DNA of 12,812 bases from an uncultured Verrucomicrobiales bacterium (lineage in GTDB: Bacteria > Verrucomicrobiota > Verrucomicrobiia > Verrucomicrobiales > DEV007), in NCBI GenBank assembly GCA_938091905.1, contig CALKOM010000068.1:1-12812 (forward strand), read 5' to 3'. Below are positions 8,432-12,812 of the stretch, piece after piece. The position numbers were made by a program, and so were the translations under genes. Numbering within the stretch: the first letter of the stretch is position 1; each line of letters starts with the position of its first letter. The notes under the pieces are model-generated. The model worked only from the letters and a program-made list of their open reading frames with translations, was not told the DNA's origin and did not search any database.

Positions 8432-9565
8432 CTATCGGAAGATCATTAGGATGCCCGCCGTTAGGAGGATGTTAAACAACGCAATTTCAAAGAAGAATAC
8501 CCACCCAAGTCGCATAAGCTGATCATAGCGGAAACGCGGAATCGACCAGCGGATCCAGATAAAGAAAAGTATGAAACCAACGACTTTGGCAAAGAAAGTG
8601 CCGATGGCAACGAGTCCCCAGAAAAGCGACTCTTCACCGTTACCTCCCAAGCCGAAGGGCAAGGACCAGCCACCGAGGAAGAGGGTCACGGCAAAGCCGG
8701 AACCAATGATCATGGCTGCATACTCTCCTAAAAAGAAAAGCGCGAATTTCATCGAGCTGTATTCAGTGTGATAACCGGCAACGAGCTCAGTCTCACATTC
8801 AGGCAAATCGAACGGCAACCGGTTCGTTTCCGCGAACAGAGAGGTGACAAAGATCACAAAAGAAATCAACAAAGGAACTAGCAGAGCAATATCACGAAGA
8901 TTAAACACCGGTTTGAAACCTTCCAACGTAATCGGCAAGAGCGCCCAACCTTTATCATGTTGCTGCTGAACGATGCTGCCCAAGTTCAGATCGCCGTAGA
9001 TCATGAGAATGGGAATCACGGACAAGCCAAGCGAGATCTCGTAAGAAATCATCTGACTGCTAGATCGAACACCACCAAAGAAAGGATACTTCGAGTTCGA
9101 TGCCCAACCTGCGATCACGATCCCGTAGACGCCTAGCGAAGCGATGGCGAAAACAAACAGAATCCCCACATCCAGATCGGCAATCACCATTTGAAACGGC
9201 TCATCAACGAACGGAAGCTTGAGGTGCCCCCCGAATGGCAAGACTGCGCAGGTCAATAGCGCAGGCACCATGGTCAAAGCGGGCGCAAGCCAGTAGTAAA
9301 CCTTCCTCACGTGACCGGGCGTGAGGTCTTCTTTCAAAATAAACTTCAGTCCGTCCGCTATTGGCTGGCCTAGACCAGCCAAACTAATTTTGGTAAACGG
9401 AATACCCACGCGGTTGGGCCCTACGCGGTCTTGCAGGATGGCACTGAAACGGCGCTCTGCGTATACCGAATAAGCTACCATAGGCAAAATAACCATGAAG
9501 ACGAGAGCCACGATCTTGATCGTGGGCTCAATCAAACTGGTAATAATTGTAACAAGCTCAGTCAT
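8432..9565 (-). CDS. nuoH: NADH-quinone oxidoreductase subunit H
   Basis: 377 aa with ERRFSAILQDRVGPNRVG, QPIADGLKFILKE, AETNRLPFDLPECETELVAGYHTEYSSMKF and PRFRYDQLM; GGAGG upstream at 9579-9583. Confidence 0.98.
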   Translation of the reverse strand: MTELVTIITSLIEPTIKIVALVFMVILPMVAYSVYAERRFSAILQDRVGPNRVGIPFTKISLAGLGQPIADGLKFILKEDLTPGHVRKVYYWLAPALTMVPALLTCAVLPFGGHLKLPFVDEPFQMVIADLDVGILFVFAIASLGVYGIVIAGWASNSKYPFFGGVRSSSQMISYEISLGLSVIPILMIYGDLNLGSIVQQQHDKGWALLPITLEGFKPVFNLRDIALLVPLLISFVIFVTSLFAETNRLPFDLPECETELVAGYHTEYSSMKFALFFLGEYAAMIIGSGFAVTLFLGGWSLPFGLGGNGEESLFWGLVAIGTFFAKVVGFILFFIWIRWSIPRFRYDQLMRLGWVFFFEIALFNILLTAGILMIFR

Positions 9566-9583
9566 CGTTTCCGCTTAGCCTCC

Positions 9584-11293
9584 CTACCCCACGATGATGC
9601 CTTTGGCCACTCGTTCGCGCTCTCGCTCTAGCAAAGGCACATTCTCTTCGGTTTCCATAATAAACACCCCTGCATCACCAATCTTAGTCAGGCTCTGTCC
9701 AGCAAAGGCGGAAATTTCTCCTGCCATCAATTTGAACACATCCTCGACCATGTAGAGCCCATTCGATCCCGTCACTGCCTGGATGAGATCCCGAAGCACT
9801 TCCCAGCCATCCATTACTTGGCCCGGTGGCTGGATCGCTTGGTTCAAACGTTGCAATCGCCCGTTCACATTGACCATGGATCCGCGCTTCTCAGCAAATC
9901 CAGACGAAGGATAAACCACGTTGGCCAAGTCCGCAGTAGGATTTGCCAGCAGGTGGGAACTCAAAAGAAAACTCAACTTACTAAGGCTTGCTTCACCAAA
10001 TCCGGCCTTCATGACGTTCTCGTCAAAGCAGAGGAGCGCCTTAAGTTCACCACGATCGATGCCTGACTTAATCGCATTCAGCTTCGATCCCGGCTCGTCA
10101 ATGCCTAAAATTAGCTTTGCCCCGTTCGTATTTGGATTTCCATCCTCAGAGATCAGCATGTCATCGCCATCCTGGGGACGAGCGACCACATCGATCAGTT
10201 CGATCTTCAGCTCATCGGCCAAACGCTTCGCCATGAAGAGTTCTTCATTGGTCATGCGCGCCGAGGCCACCATCGCAATCTGCTCTGGCCGACATGCTTT
10301 CAAGCAGGCGGCTGCCAACTGATGAGCTTCGATCCATGAAGCAACCCGATGCCCGCTGTCTCCCTTGATCATTGGATCAGTCAGGCGCAACTCGCTATGG
10401 AGATAATGGAAATTCAGGCGACCAGAATCACACATCCAGGTGGAATTCACCTCCCCGTTCTCGCGCGGCGTTTGACGATGCACCTCATTCTCTCGAGCTC
10501 CGATCAGCGTGTTGCAGCCCCGACCGCAGCCGGTGCACAGGCTTTTCGTCTCTTTCAAGAACCAAACTCGCATTTGGAATCGGAAATCATTGGAGGTCAG
10601 GGCTCCCACTGGGCAAATATCAGCCGTATTCAGGCTGTAATTGTTTGCCAACTCCTTGCCAGGGTGAGTCGCCAACACTGTATGACTTCCGCGATCCGTG
10701 AAACCAAGAACATCGTCCTCAACAATCTCTTGGCAGAACCGGATGCATCGAGAGCACATGATACAACGCTCGTCGTCCAAACGAATTCGAGGGCCGATCT
10801 CGACGTTCTTCGGTTTCTTGACCTTAGTTTCGAGGAACCTCGACTCTCCTTGACCATGCTCGACGCTGAACTCTTGGAGGCGGCATTCACCCGCCTGGTC
10901 ACAGATTGGGCAGTCCAGCGGATGATTGATGAGAAGAAACTCCATCACTCCGTGGCGACATTCTTCGACTAATGGTCCGGTCGTACGGATTCCCATTCCT
11001 TCAGCGACGGTGTTTGCACAGGCAATAGCAGGCCTAGGCATCCAGGAAATTTTCGTGTGCCCGTCCTCATCCTTCTCGGCCTCTTGCCCCGGGGCAAGAC
11101 GCGGCGGCATCCCCATTTCCACCAGGCACATGCGACAATTTCCAGGAGAACTCAGCTTCGGATGGTAACAATAATGCGGCACCTCCGCATTCGCCTCCTT
11201 GCAGGCCTCAATCATGCGAGTGCCCCTAGGGAATTGCATCCAATTCCCATTGATTTGGACATTCACCATCTCCACGTCTTTCGATTCGCTCAC
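9584..11293 (-). CDS. nuoG: NADH-quinone oxidoreductase subunit G (short form, 569 aa)
   Basis: GTG start. N1b ligands (CYHPKLSSPGNCRMC...AC), N5 (HPLDCPICDQAGEC), N4 (CIMCSRC...CPVGAL) and N7 (CTGCGRGC...WMCD), then a reduced molybdopterin-oxidoreductase-like domain (FAEKRGSMVNVNGRLQ). Directly upstream of nuoH. Confidence 0.95.
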   Translation of the reverse strand: MSESKDVEMVNVQINGNWMQFPRGTRMIEACKEANAEVPHYCYHPKLSSPGNCRMCLVEMGMPPRLAPGQEAEKDEDGHTKISWMPRPAIACANTVAEGMGIRTTGPLVEECRHGVMEFLLINHPLDCPICDQAGECRLQEFSVEHGQGESRFLETKVKKPKNVEIGPRIRLDDERCIMCSRCIRFCQEIVEDDVLGFTDRGSHTVLATHPGKELANNYSLNTADICPVGALTSNDFRFQMRVWFLKETKSLCTGCGRGCNTLIGARENEVHRQTPRENGEVNSTWMCDSGRLNFHYLHSELRLTDPMIKGDSGHRVASWIEAHQLAAACLKACRPEQIAMVASARMTNEELFMAKRLADELKIELIDVVARPQDGDDMLISEDGNPNTNGAKLILGIDEPGSKLNAIKSGIDRGELKALLCFDENVMKAGFGEASLSKLSFLLSSHLLANPTADLANVVYPSSGFAEKRGSMVNVNGRLQRLNQAIQPPGQVMDGWEVLRDLIQAVTGSNGLYMVEDVFKLMAGEISAFAGQSLTKIGDAGVFIMETEENVPLLERERERVAKGIIVG

Positions 11294-11376
11294 AGTGGCT
11301 CTCGTTTGGTCTGAAATTGGGCTGTCGTTGGTGAGAGGTCGATAGCTTACAGCAAGCTACGCAACCTGTTGTCGTC

Positions 11377-11405
11377 ACTATTGGCAGCCGAGAAATTCCC
11401 AGCAA
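11377..11405 (-). promoter_or_regulatory. Possible sigma70-type promoter for nuoG-N (-35 TTGCTG, 17 bp, -10 AATAGT)
   Basis: Found by eye: reverse complement of 11400-11405 and 11377-11382 with 17-bp spacing, just downstream of the palindromic operator. An alternative -10 (TAAGCT) lies at 11344-11349. The matches are partial. Confidence 0.3.
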
Positions 11406-11412
11406 GGTGAAT

Positions 11413-11430
11413 TTGTGAAAAATTTCACAA
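11413..11430. promoter_or_regulatory. Palindromic transcription-factor site matching the Rex operator consensus; also contains a CRP-type core
   Basis: TTGTGAAAAATTTCACAA = TTGTGAA-N4-TTCACAA with perfect 8-bp arms, ~120 bp upstream of nuoG. The inner TGTGA-N6-TCACA also fits CRP. Confidence 0.75.
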
Positions 11431-11550
11431 GCTCGAACTAAACAGCCCAAACCACCTGAATTCATGCTAAGAACCTCCATGGCAAGTGCTTGCAACTTGA
11501 GGCTTCTGAGATTCCCTTCGCCATAGTAGGCAATCTATGCCTCCCGATCG

Positions 11551-11799
11551 ATGAAATGGCTCTTAAACTTGGTTCTCGGACTCGCCCTTGGGGCGGCGGG
11601 AGTGCTAGTTTATCTTCACAATACGGGATGGTTCCACGATCCTCAGGTGGCGCTTCGCGCCCTTGAGAACCTCCAAATTGCCCCCACATCGGCGGAGGTC
11701 TTTACCGCCGTCTCCAGCGACAATGGGGAATTGCTCACCCTTCTCCACCGCGCTGGAGTTTCTTCTCGTTCCACCAGAGCAGGAGGCGATACCCCATAG
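11551..11799 (+). pseudogene. 5' fragment of a membrane-anchored/secreted ankyrin-repeat-like protein, truncated by IS insertion
   Basis: MKW followed by a hydrophobic helix (LLNLVLGLALGAAGVLVYL), then VFTAVSSDNGELLTLLHRAGV...GGDTP, which follows the ankyrin pattern (A..g..e.v.lLl..Ga.......G.TPL) and stops at GDTP. The TAG (11797-11799) lies inside the IS terminal repeat. Confidence 0.65.
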
Positions 11800-12679
11800 G
11801 CGTCAGGTTAAGACTAACCAGAATTCCTTTAATGCCTTAATAATAAGTGATTTATACGCATGAATCGTTTGACAAAAAAGGCCTCTCAGCAGGCTTTGGG
11901 TGCAAAATCGACTTTTACCTATTGCTATTGGGCGTCCGGCTATTGATAGGCTGGCCCGCCAAACTCGCTGGCTTCAACGTCAGTCAAAGCGGCTGACGCC
12001 TACCATCTTTGTCCAAGCACTGGTTGCCACCGTTTCGAGTGGCCAACGCTCGCTCAGGGAATTGGCCATTGAGATTGGTTTACTCACTGGAGAAACCATG
12101 TCCAAACAGTCGCTCGCTGAGGTAATAAATAGCAATGCAGTTGAGCTCTTGAAGCGAATCACAGCCGAGGCCCTATGCAATGCAACCGGTTCGACTTTTG
12201 GGTTCGCTGTTGGCAAGATCAAACGAGTGAGCAGAATTCTGATTGGCGATTCTAATACACTTACTCTCCACAAGTCTCTCTAAGAATACTTTCCTGGTGC
12301 CACCAACCAGAGCGATAGCCAGGCTGCCCAAGTGAGATTCCAGCTAACATTCGATTTGACCAGTGGGCGTTGGTTGCATGTTTCTCTCGATTCTTACCTG
12401 CGTAACGACCGGAAAGCTGCCTTAGATATCGTTCACACGATTGTTCGAAAGGGTGATCTCATTATCCGAGATTTCGGCTATGCCACCACCAGATGTTTCA
12501 GAGCGATTATCGAACAAGGAGCCTTTTTTCTGGGTCGGCTGAACAGCTCAGCGAGGTTATTCGACGTTGCTGGGAACGCCATCGATCTTCTCAATCTCGC
12601 GCGACGCAACGCTCCCAAGCCAGGCGATACCTTCACGACAGAAGTGCTTGTGGGCACGGACGATCAACTAGGCTGCCGG
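11795..12679 (+). mobile_element. Partial IS4-family (IS231-like) insertion sequence: left end plus 5' part of the transposase
   Basis: Left end CATAGGCGTCAGGTTAAG (11795-11812) resembles IS231-type IRs (CAT....TCAa.TTAAG). The flanking 11-mer AGGCGATACCC (11784-11794) fits the IS231A target consensus GGG-N5-CCC at 5 of 6 positions. An AT-rich subterminal region with TTGACA (11869-11874) precedes the transposase. No right IR is present. Confidence 0.8.
11900..12679 (+). pseudogene. IS4-family DDE transposase with an internal TAA and 3' truncation
   Basis: IDRLARQTRWLQRQSKRLTP...SKQSL...RILIGDSNTL (first catalytic D, 12248-12250), then TAA at 12281-12283. The same frame continues EYFPGATNQ...QLTFDLTSG...KGDLIIRDFGY (second D, 12470-12472)...GAFFLGRL...QLGCR, and similarity is lost before the catalytic E/YREK region. 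Confidence 0.88.
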
Positions 12680-12812
12680 ACGAGCCCAAGACCACCCTTC
12701 GCGAGCGCATGCGCGTCACACGAGAGAAATACTGTTGGACCTGTCATGAGAAGATGGACCCGCTCGGCCTCCCCTTTGAGATGTACAACCACGCCGGCCT
12801 GTTCCGGACGAC
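12673..12812 (+). pseudogene. Internal fragment of a DUF1588-type (PVC DUF1592/DUF1588/DUF1585 family) heme-c-motif protein lacking its 5' part; runs off the window
   Basis: The frame starting at 12673 reads LPDEPKTTLRERMRVTREKYCWTCHEKMDPLGLPFEMYNHAGLFRT, matching the DUF1588 pattern T.RER......C..CH..mDPlG..fE.f...G.fR. CxxCH is at 12733-12747. The frame differs from the transposase frame. Confidence 0.8.

Noticed and set aside
9584..11293. Formate dehydrogenase or [FeFe]-hydrogenase catalytic subunit
   Set aside because: It shares the N-terminal Fe-S domains but shows no H-cluster motifs, is too short for a complete Mo-bisPGD enzyme, and sits directly before nuoH.
11482..11493. Short palindrome GCAAG-TG-CTTGC upstream of the ankyrin-like gene
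   Set aside because: Only 5-bp arms, expected by chance, and no recognised motif.
738..11863. Many short antisense or alternate-frame ORFs in the track (e.g. 1737-2129, 5214-5600, 9921-10322, 10349-10972, 11226-11495, 11462-11689)
   Set aside because: They overlap well-supported genes, have no recognisable motifs, and are typical shadow ORFs.
11869..11897. Complete IS4 transposase promoter
   Set aside because: A perfect TTGACA is present, but there is no convincing -10 hexamer at 16-18 bp spacing.
60..12283. Stop-codon reassignment or readthrough to explain the in-frame TGA and TAA
   Set aside because: The two interruptions are different codons, both in transposases. nuoL ends in TGA and nuoK/nuoM end in TAA at the expected positions, so the standard code holds.
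1..12679. nuoG-N block as a composite transposon
   Set aside because: The flanking elements are from different families (IS5 and IS4) with unrelated ends and no shared target duplication, so they look like independent insertions.

Overview
Bacterial DNA, most likely Verrucomicrobiota/PVC (inferred from the short NuoG, the DUF6807- and DUF1588-type domains and general protein style; no search was run). The core is a minus-strand complex I block, nuoG-H-I-J-K-L-M-N (2199-11293), with no nuoA-F upstream, followed by a secreted alpha/beta-hydrolase fused to a DUF6807/'PmoA'-like domain (177-1913). Both ends are decayed IS elements. At the left is the 3' end of an IS5-family transposase with an in-frame TGA, whose terminal repeat overlaps the hydrolase stop codon. 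At the right is an IS4-family (IS231-like) element that cut a membrane-anchored ankyrin-like gene, has an internal TAA, and joins abruptly at ~12675 to a DUF1588-type CxxCH fragment. The best non-coding signals are a consensus Rex-type operator (TTGTGAA-N4-TTCACAA, 11413-11430) upstream of nuoG and a candidate ~75-nt plus-strand two-hairpin RNA (2034-2106) between nuoN and the hydrolase. I see no clearly new multi-gene system.
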